A stretch of 64,000 nt of DNA from a virus (IMGVR_UViG_3300029305_001183:1273-65272); one strand, 5' to 3'. Positions 47,585 to 57,282 are shown, counted from the stretch's first letter. Notes: a model not told the origin generated them from the sequence alone. Translations and numbers: made by a program.

Positions 47585-47780
47585 CTCCGTTTTTCTTTCT
47601 AGTCTTCGTCAACTCCCTCTGTCGCCAATACTCGTGCTCTCGTCGTTCAAGGGCATTACATTGTTTCTTGAGGCATTCCTTTTGTTTAATCTGTGTTGCC
47701 GTCACGTGGCAACGATGATGCCAACAGTAACCAACGCAACGCTTCTCACTAATTTCTGTGTTGTAGAGACTATTAAGCAT
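47550..47780 (-). CDS. small Cys/His-rich protein
   Basis: Start MLNSL; CVGYCWHHRCH...C..KQC. Confidence 0.55.
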   Translation of the reverse strand: MLNSLYNTEISEKRCVGYCWHHRCHVTATQIKQKECLKKQCNALERREHEYWRQRELTKTRKKNGGAGYALDRLGV

Positions 47781-47781
47781 C

Positions 47782-48216
47782 TTAGTCAACCACCTTTCTG
47801 ACGAGATGTGCTTCCTCTTTACATACCCAATAGTTGCCGACAATTTCGTCAGACACATCCCAAATATCCCAAACGTGATTATCTGCAACATATGTCACAT
47901 GCCCTCTTCCACAATGACATACCGCATGACCATCAAACTTTTTTACAAATTCGTGGAACTTCACCTTAGTACCATCTTTGTGTACAGGTTGTTTCTGTTT
48001 GACATATCCCCTATCTTCCAGATATTTACCATAATTCTCTGGAGTATTAAGCATATAACCAGTTTTAATTGCACTCTCTGCAAGTTCTCTCATAGTTTCG
48101 TCCCACGCCATTCCTGTTGAGGAACTGATTGCTCGAACCGTGCAATCATCTGTCCAGCGCATTTTGGGATTGCAATTGTAATAACGATAAGCCTTGGTTT
48201 CATTTTTCTTGTTCAT
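47782..48216 (-). CDS. hypothetical protein (NP..DCTVRAI..H, papain-like fold possible)
   Basis: ORF track, SD AAGGAG. Confidence 0.65.
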   Translation of the reverse strand: MNKKNETKAYRYYNCNPKMRWTDDCTVRAISSSTGMAWDETMRELAESAIKTGYMLNTPENYGKYLEDRGYVKQKQPVHKDGTKVKFHEFVKKFDGHAVCHCGRGHVTYVADNHVWDIWDVSDEIVGNYWVCKEEAHLVRKVVD

Positions 48217-48239
48217 AATCTTATTCTCCTTTTTACTTT

Positions 48240-48302
48240 ATTATAATCATTTTGTTTCGTTTGTCAACGTGTTTGTTCATAATTTTACAAAATCTTTACA
48301 AT
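48240..48302 (-). promoter_or_regulatory. sigma-A promoter, operator-like box in spacer, TGTAAA box upstream
   Basis: TTGACA 48262-67, TATAAT 48240-45; boxes 48245-54 and 48283-48302. Confidence 0.75.
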
Positions 48303-48835
48303 TAATTTAAATATTGCTTACGTACAACCCACAGCGGAGCCGAAGAACTACCTCCAACTCGTTCGATATTTCCATTAAAGAATGACTTCAGGATATGCTC
48401 TAGCGACCGTGCTGTAAGCAACTCCATCTTGCGAGGGCTTGACGGATAATTGCACACAAACTTACCTCCATACTCAAGGCTATCATTAATCTGCCGGAGT
48501 GTTCCCCAAAGCATATTCATTGAACTCTGCACATTGAGGACATTACTCGCCATAATCACCGAGTACTTCTTGCTCAGAGCATCCTTGTCGTGCAATCCCT
48601 CAATCACATTGTCACCAAAGTCGTATGCCGTTATATTGAATCCCAACTCACGCAACCACTTAGTATGAACGGCATCACGCCCTGCTCCAAAATCTAGCAA
48701 CTTCTCTTCCTTATTAATATATTGCGCCACATATTTCGGCACCACGGCTCTTACGCTTCCGTCTTTGTTCTTTGCCGAAGCCCCATTGGTTCTGCTTGTT
48801 GCGTTTGCAATACGAATTTCATCATTAGTAAACAT
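48302..48835 (-). CDS. class I SAM-dependent methyltransferase
   Basis: LLDFGAGR, TAYD, YSVIMASNVLNV. Confidence 0.8.
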   Translation of the reverse strand: MFTNDEIRIANATSRTNGASAKNKDGSVRAVVPKYVAQYINKEEKLLDFGAGRDAVHTKWLRELGFNITAYDFGDNVIEGLHDKDALSKKYSVIMASNVLNVQSSMNMLWGTLRQINDSLEYGGKFVCNYPSSPRKMELLTARSLEHILKSFFNGNIERVGGSSSAPLWVVRKQYLN

Positions 48836-48856
48836 AATTAATTTCCTTCCTTATTA

Positions 48857-49072
48857 TTATATAGATTCAATCATCTCGATGGTAAACTCATCGTGCTCAT
48901 AAATTTCTCCGATACAAGCTAACTCTGTCCAACACGAAGCACCGACCGCAACCTCGTGTCCAAACTGATATTCAATAGCGTCATACACATCTCTGCTATC
49001 CTTATAACAATTTCCAATGTTTGGAGCGTCATTGTATACGACTCTTGCCATTACACCAAAACTAAATCTCAT
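48857..49072 (-). CDS. hypothetical protein
   Basis: ORF track. Confidence 0.5.
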   Translation of the reverse strand: MRFSFGVMARVVYNDAPNIGNCYKDSRDVYDAIEYQFGHEVAVGASCWTELACIGEIYEHDEFTIEMIESI

Positions 49073-49250
49073 AATTAGTCCTCCAAATTAACTTCATCAA
49101 CTCTTGAATCTAAAACTCTCTTGTCGCCAACGCATCCATTTTCGTAAATCTTTTCGGCGTACTCATCTGCTTCTTCTTCAATAATGAATGCTTTGACTGG
49201 TCTCCACACATCCTCTTCAATTTCTGCCGATACAACATGGATCCACATAG

Positions 49251-49496
49251 TTAATCCTCTTCCATATAAATTTTCTTCGTCTCAATGTGTGGGCAATTAG
49301 GATACTTATACCAATCACACCCAAGACAATTTGTATTGCAACAATGTTCAACCAAGCATTCGTGACATATGCCTTTGCTCTCATCACCCTCGGAATTAGA
49401 TTTTAAAATCCAACCAGTGCCCGTTCTGATCGATACACGAGTGTTGCATATTCTGCAACACAACTCACCATCAATAAGTTTAAAATTGTAATCCAT
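49251..49496 (-). CDS. Cys-rich hypothetical protein
   Basis: ORF track, SD. Confidence 0.6.
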   Translation of the reverse strand: MDYNFKLIDGELCCRICNTRVSIRTGTGWILKSNSEGDESKGICHECLVEHCCNTNCLGCDWYKYPNCPHIETKKIYMEED

Positions 49497-49508
49497 AATT
49501 AATCCTCC

Positions 49509-49742
49509 TTACCAACTACACATTCTATCTCTCGTAATTGAAGCCGACGTCCTATACATCCTCAACGCCTTGCTCTTTGTAATCTCGCCAAATTGCTTCA
49601 CATAATTGTCAAACTCTTGCTGGTCCCAGCATTCATAATACCCATCTCCTCCTTTATTGTAGTGTTGTAATGAATAATCCATAAACTCCTTGTAACTAAG
49701 TGCCTTTGCCATATTAGTTCTCCTCCTTGTTAAATCTTGCAT
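49509..49742 (-). CDS. hypothetical protein (likely start MAKAL)
   Basis: ORF track. Confidence 0.6.
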   Translation of the reverse strand: MQDLTRRRTNMAKALSYKEFMDYSLQHYNKGGDGYYECWDQQEFDNYVKQFGEITKSKALRMYRTSASITRDRMCSW

Positions 49743-49926
49743 AGCCCATCACCTTCTTTGCTCTCTTGCCACTAAGAGCCATTTGCAACCTTTCAATCTC
49801 GCTCTCCATAAAGCTCGGATCTTTACCACACTTCTCCATATACTCTGCCATAGTTTGCTTTTCTCCAAGCATATCCTCCACAAGTCTCTTGCATTCAATT
49901 AAAATCTCCATCTCTTCTATAAACAT
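49714..49926 (-). CDS. hypothetical protein
   Basis: ORF track. Confidence 0.55.
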   Translation of the reverse strand: MFIEEMEILIECKRLVEDMLGEKQTMAEYMEKCGKDPSFMESEIERLQMALSGKRAKKVMGYARFNKEEN

Positions 49927-49927
49927 A

Positions 49928-50395
49928 TTATTTACACCCCTTTCTGATACTCATTATCGTATCAAGAATTAACCTTGTTGCATTGTATAAATCCTCTTTT
50001 TCTTTAATTTCTCGACCCGTGAATTCCTCAATTTGCTTAATTTCCTCTGCCGTAAATGTCATCTTAATATCCATATCTGTTTTAACCTCCTCAAAACACT
50101 CGTTTAATATATGTCTCAATGCATTAAAAGTAATGAAAAACGAATTTTTATGATCATCTCTGTTTGTGGACCAACATACGCAATCAGACGCTTCTGCCTC
50201 CCATTCATCCAATACACTAATTGCCATTGTGTCATAATTTAAGATGCACAATGCTGCATAATCCACGACGCCTCTCACGCAATCATTAAGCACCTCCAAA
50301 CCATAATCCATAGCAATATCATACTTGCTACAATCCTTGCAGTGTTCAATAAACTCGTCCCTAATCTTTTCACCGTATTCAGTAATTTTTAACAT
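49928..50395 (-). CDS. hypothetical two-module protein
   Basis: Internal SD-ATG at 50074. Confidence 0.6.
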   Translation of the reverse strand: MLKITEYGEKIRDEFIEHCKDCSKYDIAMDYGLEVLNDCVRGVVDYAALCILNYDTMAISVLDEWEAEASDCVCWSTNRDDHKNSFFITFNALRHILNECFEEVKTDMDIKMTFTAEEIKQIEEFTGREIKEKEDLYNATRLILDTIMSIRKGCK

Positions 50396-50396
50396 A

Positions 50397-50708
50397 TTAA
50401 TTTTCCTCCTTCATATTATAAAATTTTCTCACAACCTCTGTTACTGTTGCTTTCAACTCGTCCCAACCATCGCTAAATGTTAATTCTTCGATGATTTCAG
50501 TTCCCCAGTCATCATCACTAAAGCCCTTTCTGATTGAAACTAGCCAACACTTATCATTTCCTTCCGAGTAGCACCACACTACGATGCCGTATCCGTCGTG
50601 ATTTTCTATGGGCAATCGTGCTGCAACATGATCCCAATCCATATTGATTTCGTAAAGTTGCCACCTCAAATCGTCTGACAAATCACAATAAATTTGTTCG
50701 ATTGTCAT
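50397..50708 (-). CDS. hypothetical protein
   Basis: ORF track, SD AGGAGGT. Confidence 0.65.
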   Translation of the reverse strand: MTIEQIYCDLSDDLRWQLYEINMDWDHVAARLPIENHDGYGIVVWCYSEGNDKCWLVSIRKGFSDDDWGTEIIEELTFSDGWDELKATVTEVVRKFYNMKEEN

Positions 50709-50722
50709 ATTACATTACCTCC

Positions 50723-51583
50723 TTAATCATTTTGTTTTGTTTTAATAAAGCTCAAGATATGAGCAATAACATCCACGGTAAACGCATCACCAAGAACATC
50801 TGCTGCTTCATTTCTCGTAAGACATTTTGTATAACCCTCTGGCACTGTCTGACATCTTTCAAGTTCCGTCTGATTCAAGTATCTAATGGAATCATCATTG
50901 CCTTTCTCCTCCCACACAATTGTGGTGAACTTCTTGTAGCGATGAAGCATCTTCTTCTTATCTGCAAGAGGACGACTATCACTCACAAGCAATGCTCTCG
51001 CCTTCTGTCTATCAGTCCAACCACTCGTAAGAATGCTCTGAAGAGTAATGCCCTTGTCCTCGGGCTGAGTTACACCCTCAATGTTGGTCCAATAATATCT
51101 GTCTCTAAGTGCCGGGGCTACAAGTTTACTGTTAATTCTCAACGGCTCAACGCCCATACACTTACTCAGATAGTCTCGATCCGCATCCTTCATACTTGCG
51201 ACATTCTCAAGCAAGAACCAAGTAGGATTGACTTCTTTCAAAATCCGATGACATTCTAAGAATAATCCCGACCGTACTTTATCTTTTAAACCCACTCTCA
51301 TTGCGGCATTCATTGCTATTGAAAAACTCTGACACGGAGAACCGAATATCATCAAATCAATATGACCAACATTAAAGTTTCCATTCTCCGTATAAAGTAC
51401 ACCATCCTTAAAACTTACATAATTAACATTGCCTATATGGATTGTGTTCGGGTAATTCTCCTTCGTAACCTTTAGTGCAATCGGTTTAATTTCTGCTGCA
51501 TAATACTCATCAACCACAAATCCTGCTCTTTCAAGAGCAATGTGGGCAATCGACATTCCGTCACATAAACTAAGCACTTTCAT
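50723..51583 (-). CDS. DNA (cytosine-5) methyltransferase
   Basis: VLSLCDG, GSPCQSFS, LLENV, RDRYYW, LERCQT, LGDAFTV. Confidence 0.9.
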   Translation of the reverse strand: MKVLSLCDGMSIAHIALERAGFVVDEYYAAEIKPIALKVTKENYPNTIHIGNVNYVSFKDGVLYTENGNFNVGHIDLMIFGSPCQSFSIAMNAAMRVGLKDKVRSGLFLECHRILKEVNPTWFLLENVASMKDADRDYLSKCMGVEPLRINSKLVAPALRDRYYWTNIEGVTQPEDKGITLQSILTSGWTDRQKARALLVSDSRPLADKKKMLHRYKKFTTIVWEEKGNDDSIRYLNQTELERCQTVPEGYTKCLTRNEAADVLGDAFTVDVIAHILSFIKTKQND

Positions 51584-51600
51584 CTTAAGTTCCTCCTAAA

Positions 51601-51831
51601 TTAGATCTCGAAAATTTCTAAATACATTTTTCTTTGTGCGATAAACTTCTTTTGTGCAGTAACGTCCAACAATTTACCACACGGCTCATTTGGGTCACGA
51701 GTTAATACCTCGATATCCCTTATAGCGTTCTTAAACGCTTGGCTAGAGTCCTCCATATTTCTGTTCCAAAATTTGATACACTCGAAGAAAAACTCCTCTA
51801 ATATTTGGTCTGTTTCTTTTTCATTTAACAT
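51601..51831 (-). CDS. hypothetical protein
   Basis: ORF track. Confidence 0.55.
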   Translation of the reverse strand: MLNEKETDQILEEFFFECIKFWNRNMEDSSQAFKNAIRDIEVLTRDPNEPCGKLLDVTAQKKFIAQRKMYLEIFEI

Positions 51832-51848
51832 TTAAATCCATCCTTTCA

Positions 51849-52016
51849 TTAATAATTTTCGGTTTCTGATTTATTTTCCAAAACTGCCTGAATTATTTTC
51901 TTTTCAAACTCAGACAATGTGTCCCAATCTAATTGGAACGATGAACAATTATTTCTTCTGTTGTATCCATCACCACAATCCCAACTGTTTCTATAAACAC
52001 AATATTTACAACACAT
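51849..52016 (-). CDS. small Cys-rich protein (55 aa)
   Basis: Manual translation MCCKYCVYRNSWDC...ETENY; SD AGGAGGT just after an operator-like box. Confidence 0.55.
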   Translation of the reverse strand: MCCKYCVYRNSWDCGDGYNRRNNCSSFQLDWDTLSEFEKKIIQAVLENKSETENY

Positions 52017-52043
52017 ACTAACCTCCTAATCATTTTGTATTGT

Positions 52044-52760
52044 TTAATGATCGTAAACTGCAGTAACAATCCCTTTGTTGCCACTAAAACATCTCTGACA
52101 TTGACTACAAGTCACACCCGTCTTCTTGCCTTTTTTATCAACGGCAGGGCAGTGTGCCAACTTGGCAACCTTGGGATCTGTACCGTCATCGTACACAAAT
52201 TTGTTCAATCCATCCAACTGATAGCCCTCAGTATTGCCTTTCCACTCGGAAATGTTGCACACAAGATTCTCTGGCAGAGCACCACACTCCTTAAGGTACT
52301 GTTCCATAAACGCAAATCTCTTTGTGTAGAAGTAGAATAACACATCAGGCATCTCAACTGCGAGCTTAACCATATGAAGCAGATAATCATAATTCATTAT
52401 CTCACCGCTTGAATGTAGTCTAAGCACTTTTGCTTTGTTCTTAATTAATGCCTCCTTAATCTGCTTGAACCCCTTATCCATATCGTGTCTCATAATCACA
52501 GTGTTTTTACCAACGCTAGGGATTACTTTGTTGTGATGTCTACGAGTATCCCTTACTGCATAGCAATGGTTTTGACATCCATCACAGCACCCCACACAAG
52601 TTCCCCATACATTTGTAAGCTCACCTTTATCCTTTGTGGATATCGGCTTGTCTCCCGGCATAAGATTGAAGGCGAATACCTTCTTACCTAACTTGCTGTT
52701 CCCCTTTACCAATGATACTACCATTTCCTCGTTGTAATTAATGTTGTACATAACTTCCAT
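52044..52760 (-). CDS. Gp88-like Cys-cluster protein
   Basis: GNSKLG, FNL.P, C..C...CYA, LRLHSSGE, FYTKR, C..C..C. Confidence 0.75.
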   Translation of the reverse strand: MEVMYNINYNEEMVVSLVKGNSKLGKKVFAFNLMPGDKPISTKDKGELTNVWGTCVGCCDGCQNHCYAVRDTRRHHNKVIPSVGKNTVIMRHDMDKGFKQIKEALIKNKAKVLRLHSSGEIMNYDYLLHMVKLAVEMPDVLFYFYTKRFAFMEQYLKECGALPENLVCNISEWKGNTEGYQLDGLNKFVYDDGTDPKVAKLAHCPAVDKKGKKTGVTCSQCQRCFSGNKGIVTAVYDH

Positions 52761-52789
52761 TTTACATTTCTCCTTTATTATATCATATT

Positions 52790-53224
52790 TTAATCATTTT
52801 GTATTGTTGTGTAATAACCATCTTTCATATGAGATTCAATATATCTTGAACCAACTTCACAAATCAAGATGCATCCGTGTGTATCTTTGGGCTTAAGTAC
52901 TACATATTTATCGCCCACTTGAGCCTGCAAATCCTTGCAAACGTTTTCAAGTTTTTCAATAGGAAAGTCCCAAGAAACACATTCATATGAGTGACAACAA
53001 AGCTCATCATCTCTCTTTACAATGCCACTTCCATTGTTGGCGTTCTTGAATAGAATGTATGTGTAATCATCGCCTTCAGGAATGGTGTTATTTCTCCAAT
53101 ATCTTTTCGGCAAATCTTTTGGTCCGTAGCAACAACTACACATACCGTTCTGATATGTGAAGTGTGCAAAATCAAGGTCATTGTCCTCACGGATTTTCTT
53201 AAGGTTTAATTCTTTGTATTTCAT
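52790..53224 (-). CDS. hypothetical protein
   Basis: ORF track. Confidence 0.6.
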   Translation of the reverse strand: MKYKELNLKKIREDNDLDFAHFTYQNGMCSCCYGPKDLPKRYWRNNTIPEGDDYTYILFKNANNGSGIVKRDDELCCHSYECVSWDFPIEKLENVCKDLQAQVGDKYVVLKPKDTHGCILICEVGSRYIESHMKDGYYTTIQND

Positions 53225-53225
53225 A

Positions 53226-53609
53226 TTAGTTCTCCTCCTGAGCCGTAATCACGGTCTCCCAATTATTTTGAATTTTTACAAGCATTTCGTAAAGTTCATA
53301 TTCAGTAAGCTTATCACCATCTTCTGCGTTTTCATAGTTGGTAAGCACCCTACACATTTCGTCATAGATAGACTCCTTAGTAATTGGTAACTCAACCCTA
53401 GGACAAATTGTACCATCTTCCAACCAATCATAGCCCATACCATAAAGTACATCTTTGATAAAATCTTTGTCGCTTCTGCCATCTTCGATCTCGACAAACA
53501 AGCGACTGCCTACATAAATCTCAAGCATTCCATCTGTTCTTAACACAGTATTTACGGTTTCTTTCATATCAGTTATCCTCCTCAATATCAATAAAATCTT
53601 CAGGTTCAA
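53226..53609 (-). CDS. hypothetical protein (likely start MKETV)
   Basis: ORF track. Confidence 0.6.
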   Translation of the reverse strand: MNLKILLILRRITDMKETVNTVLRTDGMLEIYVGSRLFVEIEDGRSDKDFIKDVLYGMGYDWLEDGTICPRVELPITKESIYDEMCRVLTNYENAEDGDKLTEYELYEMLVKIQNNWETVITAQEEN

Positions 53610-53808
53610 ATTCTGTACGATGCAGAAACTCTACATCTGCATTACTAAATTCTCCTCTCGTACTGACATAATCTTGAATTGCGTAGACAAGACCTTCGTC
53701 ATACCATCGCCAATCCAACTTGCCGTATGTGTCAAGATAAAATTGTTTGTGTTCATTTACATAAGCCTCAAGCGTTGTTGGTTTCATTTTTATCCTCCTC
53801 CAATTCAC
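53569..53808 (-). CDS. hypothetical protein
   Basis: ORF track. Confidence 0.55.
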   Translation of the reverse strand: MNWRRIKMKPTTLEAYVNEHKQFYLDTYGKLDWRWYDEGLVYAIQDYVSTRGEFSNADVEFLHRTEFEPEDFIDIEEDN

Positions 53809-54115
53809 TTATATAATCAAGCAAGTCCCAAACCTCGTGTTCTGCATTAAACAGCATATCAATCGTTCTTGTTGCATATGGCTCATTATCTTCAAGTTCT
53901 TTTCTACGCATATACAACAGTGCAGAAACGAAGTCGATGATATCATCAAGTTCGCTCGGTATAATGCAATGCTCGTCCATCAGTTTCTTAAGTTCTTTCT
54001 GTGTCATTTTAAATTTCTCCTTTTCTTCAACAATATCATATTCATCAAATCCCGGGTCCATTGTGGGATCGCCGCTCAGCATCATTGCTTTATTGTTGTC
54101 TACAAACTTAAGCAT
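53768..54115 (-). CDS. hypothetical protein
   Basis: ORF track. Confidence 0.55.
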   Translation of the reverse strand: MLKFVDNNKAMMLSGDPTMDPGFDEYDIVEEKEKFKMTQKELKKLMDEHCIIPSELDDIIDFVSALLYMRRKELEDNEPYATRTIDMLFNAEHEVWDLLDYISELEEDKNETNNA

Positions 54116-54614
54116 CTTCGTCCTCCTCTACTGTATCAAATAACCAATCAAGGCCAAGCGTATAAAGCTCATCTTCCGTGAAATCCAAATTCTCAAGTCT
54201 CTCACGCATTACTGCTGTCTCGCAACAATCATAATCAATGAACCAATTGATGCAATTATGCAAAAGTTCCATCGCTCTTGCATAATCAAGCCCACCTTCA
54301 TTGCTCCAGAATACTTCTTTCTGAATGTAAATGAGCAAGTCATATGCATTAATCTTTGCAATCTCTACGGCGCACTCGATACACCCCTTCTCAAACTCTC
54401 GCCCAATCCAAAGATTTTGTTTCTTTTTCTCTGCTCGGTTGTGCTTCTTATCAACTCTATTCAACTGCTTTTTTACCCATTTCTGATGATGAAATTTGCT
54501 CTGCCCAAACTCAATAACATACTGAATTGCCGTGCGGAAGATAATATCTCCCTTACAACCAAACTCCCGTCTGATTGTGTTCAATGTCTTTCTGCTGTTT
54601 TCGTAAGTGTTCAT
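54108..54614 (-). CDS. hypothetical protein
   Basis: ORF track, SD. Confidence 0.6.
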   Translation of the reverse strand: MNTYENSRKTLNTIRREFGCKGDIIFRTAIQYVIEFGQSKFHHQKWVKKQLNRVDKKHNRAEKKKQNLWIGREFEKGCIECAVEIAKINAYDLLIYIQKEVFWSNEGGLDYARAMELLHNCINWFIDYDCCETAVMRERLENLDFTEDELYTLGLDWLFDTVEEDEDA

Positions 54615-54628
54615 TTTAATTCTCCTTT

Positions 54629-54910
54629 TTATTTTGTGTATTGTTCTGTCGTTGTGCCTGTTTCATAATAGTGCGTTACTTTGCACCATCCATTGCCTTG
54701 AGCAGTGGTAAGTCTGTAAAAATGTCCTTCATCATCTCGCCCCTCTTCTATGATGACATTTTCAAGGTGCTCATTTTCACAAGCTAATGGACTTCTTTTT
54801 CCTTTGACTATGCTTTTAATGTCCCAATATGTCATATCAATCACCTCCTTATTCCCATCCAAGAGCATAACCATTGGTAATGTTAAACATGTGTACTCCG
54901 TAATAATCAT
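54629..54910 (-). CDS. hypothetical protein (likely start MTYWD)
   Basis: ORF track. Confidence 0.55.
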   Translation of the reverse strand: MIITEYTCLTLPMVMLLDGNKEVIDMTYWDIKSIVKGKRSPLACENEHLENVIIEEGRDDEGHFYRLTTAQGNGWCKVTHYYETGTTTEQYTK

Positions 54911-55121
54911 TTAAGAATGTCCAAATGTCGTTGTTATAGTCATTAAAATCCTCTCCAGTCTCTTCAACCCACTGATCGACTGTGGTTTTAAAGGCTTTTA
55001 CATAACGCATAAATCCCAATGCCATATTTTTCTTGCATTCCTCTTCTGTTTTTCCAATTGAATGAATCTCATAACCCAATGCGTCTAAACTTGCTATATA
55101 CATATTTCCTCCTTCTGCCAC
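54849..55121 (-). CDS. hypothetical protein
   Basis: ORF track. Confidence 0.6.
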   Translation of the reverse strand: MAEGGNMYIASLDALGYEIHSIGKTEEECKKNMALGFMRYVKAFKTTVDQWVEETGEDFNDYNNDIWTFLNDYYGVHMFNITNGYALGWE

Positions 55122-55193
55122 GGTTTAACCGCCGTGGCTCGGTTATTATTATAATCATTTCGTCTTGTGAAATGGTGGACAAATTGTAAACTT

Positions 55194-55577
55194 TTACTCG
55201 TCGTCTTCCTCCTCGTCAATCCAAGTTTCGTCGCCGTCTTCATCATATGCTTGTTCACAATCTTCGCACCACCAATACTTTTCGCCGCCGCTATCTTCTC
55301 TTGCTTCACACTCCTCTCCACATTTTGGACACTCGAAGTAATCGGGATTGTCCTCAAGTTCTTCGATGTCGTTGTAGTTAATTTCGTTTCCGCAAGTGTC
55401 CACCGACTCATCGTGTCCATCAACGCCAATCAACTTGTCCCAACCGCCGTTACCTGCATACTCCGTTAGACAAGACAGTTGGTTATACGCCTTCTCATAT
55501 GCTTCGTCCTCGTTGTTAGCCCAAACCTCTTTGGTAACCACAACCTCAACCGTACCATAAACCCTATACTTCTTCAT
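55194..55577 (-). CDS. acidic protein with Zn ribbon
   Basis: V..EVWANNEDEA motif; CPKCG..CEDC. Confidence 0.65.
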   Translation of the reverse strand: MKKYRVYGTVEVVVTKEVWANNEDEAYEKAYNQLSCLTEYAGNGGWDKLIGVDGHDESVDTCGNEINYNDIEELEDNPDYFECPKCGEECEAREDSGGEKYWWCEDCEQAYDEDGDETWIDEEEDDE

Positions 55578-55579
55578 AA

Positions 55580-55789
55580 TTAATTCTCCTCCATTTCAAA
55601 TTCACTACCTACATCATCATACCCACACTCGGTACAAATCCAAATATCTTCATTATTTGGATAATGCGTCACTTCAAGACAATCACCTGTAGTCATTATA
55701 TAATCACCACTGGCATCTACCATCCACTCTTCTACAACATGAGCAGTTACATAAAACTTTTGACAACCACACTTTGGGCACTTTTTCAT
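55580..55789 (-). CDS. Zn-ribbon protein
   Basis: CPKCG...CTECG. Confidence 0.65.
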   Translation of the reverse strand: MKKCPKCGCQKFYVTAHVVEEWMVDASGDYIMTTGDCLEVTHYPNNEDIWICTECGYDDVGSEFEMEEN

Positions 55790-55791
55790 AA

Positions 55792-56106
55792 TTAATTTTC
55801 CTCACTTTCATATATTGTAATGCAATTGTATTTTTCTTCACCAAACTCTTCAATTTCAAACTCGACTTGCTCGTCCTCAAACCATATAGACAAGCAAGCA
55901 GTTGTTACGAATGCATCAAGAGTGGGGATGCACCACCACTCTCCATTCTTTCTGCTAATTGAAATGTTGTAATCTTTACCCTTGAACGCGTTATCGTGTC
56001 TAAGAATGTGAATCAGTTCATTCACCGTATGTCTATCTCTTTCGTTCATAAACATATGAGTGTCAAATGCCTTCGTAAGTTTTGTTCTAAATTCTGCGTT
56101 TGTCAT
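55792..56106 (-). CDS. hypothetical protein
   Basis: ORF track. Confidence 0.6.
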   Translation of the reverse strand: MTNAEFRTKLTKAFDTHMFMNERDRHTVNELIHILRHDNAFKGKDYNISISRKNGEWWCIPTLDAFVTTACLSIWFEDEQVEFEIEEFGEEKYNCITIYESEEN

Positions 56107-56108
56107 AA

Positions 56109-57152
56109 TTATTTGACCTCCTCAAAAATTTGTGTTTTGTAGCTCTCAAGCAATATCTTTAATTCGTCATTATTGATTTGTCCCCAGCACCAATCAATGA
56201 AATCGCCGGGATCCTTAAATGTGTAATCAATAATGAACGACTTGTCCGTGTGTGGGTCATATGAAATCTCAAGGTTTGAACCAACCCAATCAAGGATGAT
56301 TTTTTTGATGCCCTCCTCTGTTGCATCCTTAAGTGATTCAATCTTGAAGTTGTGCCAATTACACTTAAACTCGATATCCTTCTCAATCTTTTTAGCGTGT
56401 TCATATATGCCAATCACACTCTTAATGTCTTTCAGTTCCTCAACTGCTTGCTTTGCATAATCAAACCAATTCAAACCACCCCAATTTTCATAACGATACA
56501 TAATGAACCATCTTACGACATCCTTCAACTCGGCAGGTCTGTACTGGCTTCCAAATGTATTTCCCGTAGTTGCCTCACCACTACCAAGAATTGCTTCATG
56601 GATTTCTCTTAATGCATAATCAATTTCATTAACTGCATCTGCGTCATAATCAAGTTCCATAACGCAATTATTTGCAATGATTTGAATCTTGTGCGAACTG
56701 AACCAATCCTCCTCATCAGATGTGCCATCATCAAACGCCTCAAATGGTGGTGCAGTCAACGCCTCGTTGCAAAATTCCTTATAATCCTTTAATTCGTACT
56801 TTTTCATTTCATTTTCCTCCTCAATATTTGTTATTGTTTCTGTAGGAGACTTGCTCCACATTATTTCGCACTCATAATAATTTTCATCACAATAAGTGCA
56901 TACATATTCATAATCTTCCAAGTCGCTTACATAAAGTCGTCTTCCACACTTTGGACACTTTGCATCCGTTAAACAAGCTACTGCAAATTTCTTAAGCGGT
57001 TTGGTTACCTCATCGTAATACTCGCGCAGTTTGTTACCTTGTGGTACATATCTTATTAGTGTTTGGATATAATCAAACGCATTGACTATATCCACCAAAC
57101 CTAAATCACATTTTGCTTCTTCGTAAACCTCATAATTGTTGTGTGCTGACAT
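56109..57152 (-). CDS. multi-module hypothetical protein
   Basis: Internal SD-ATG at 56807; CPKCG..CTYC. Confidence 0.65.
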   Translation of the reverse strand: MSAHNNYEVYEEAKCDLGLVDIVNAFDYIQTLIRYVPQGNKLREYYDEVTKPLKKFAVACLTDAKCPKCGRRLYVSDLEDYEYVCTYCDENYYECEIMWSKSPTETITNIEEENEMKKYELKDYKEFCNEALTAPPFEAFDDGTSDEEDWFSSHKIQIIANNCVMELDYDADAVNEIDYALREIHEAILGSGEATTGNTFGSQYRPAELKDVVRWFIMYRYENWGGLNWFDYAKQAVEELKDIKSVIGIYEHAKKIEKDIEFKCNWHNFKIESLKDATEEGIKKIILDWVGSNLEISYDPHTDKSFIIDYTFKDPGDFIDWCWGQINNDELKILLESYKTQIFEEVK

Positions 57153-57282
57153 TATTTATTCCTCCCATTTTTCTTTTTCTGTTTTTGTTTGAATCAGTTC
57201 TTCGACAATATCTTTTACATCAGATTTGCTAACAGGAATGTTGTATACCAAACAATCAAAATACCATTTGTTAACCAAAATT

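Noticed and set aside
45098-48835. Arbitrium (aimR/aimP) system expected near an MrpR-like gene
   Set aside because: No TPR receptor or signal-peptide pro-peptide ORF is visible in this window
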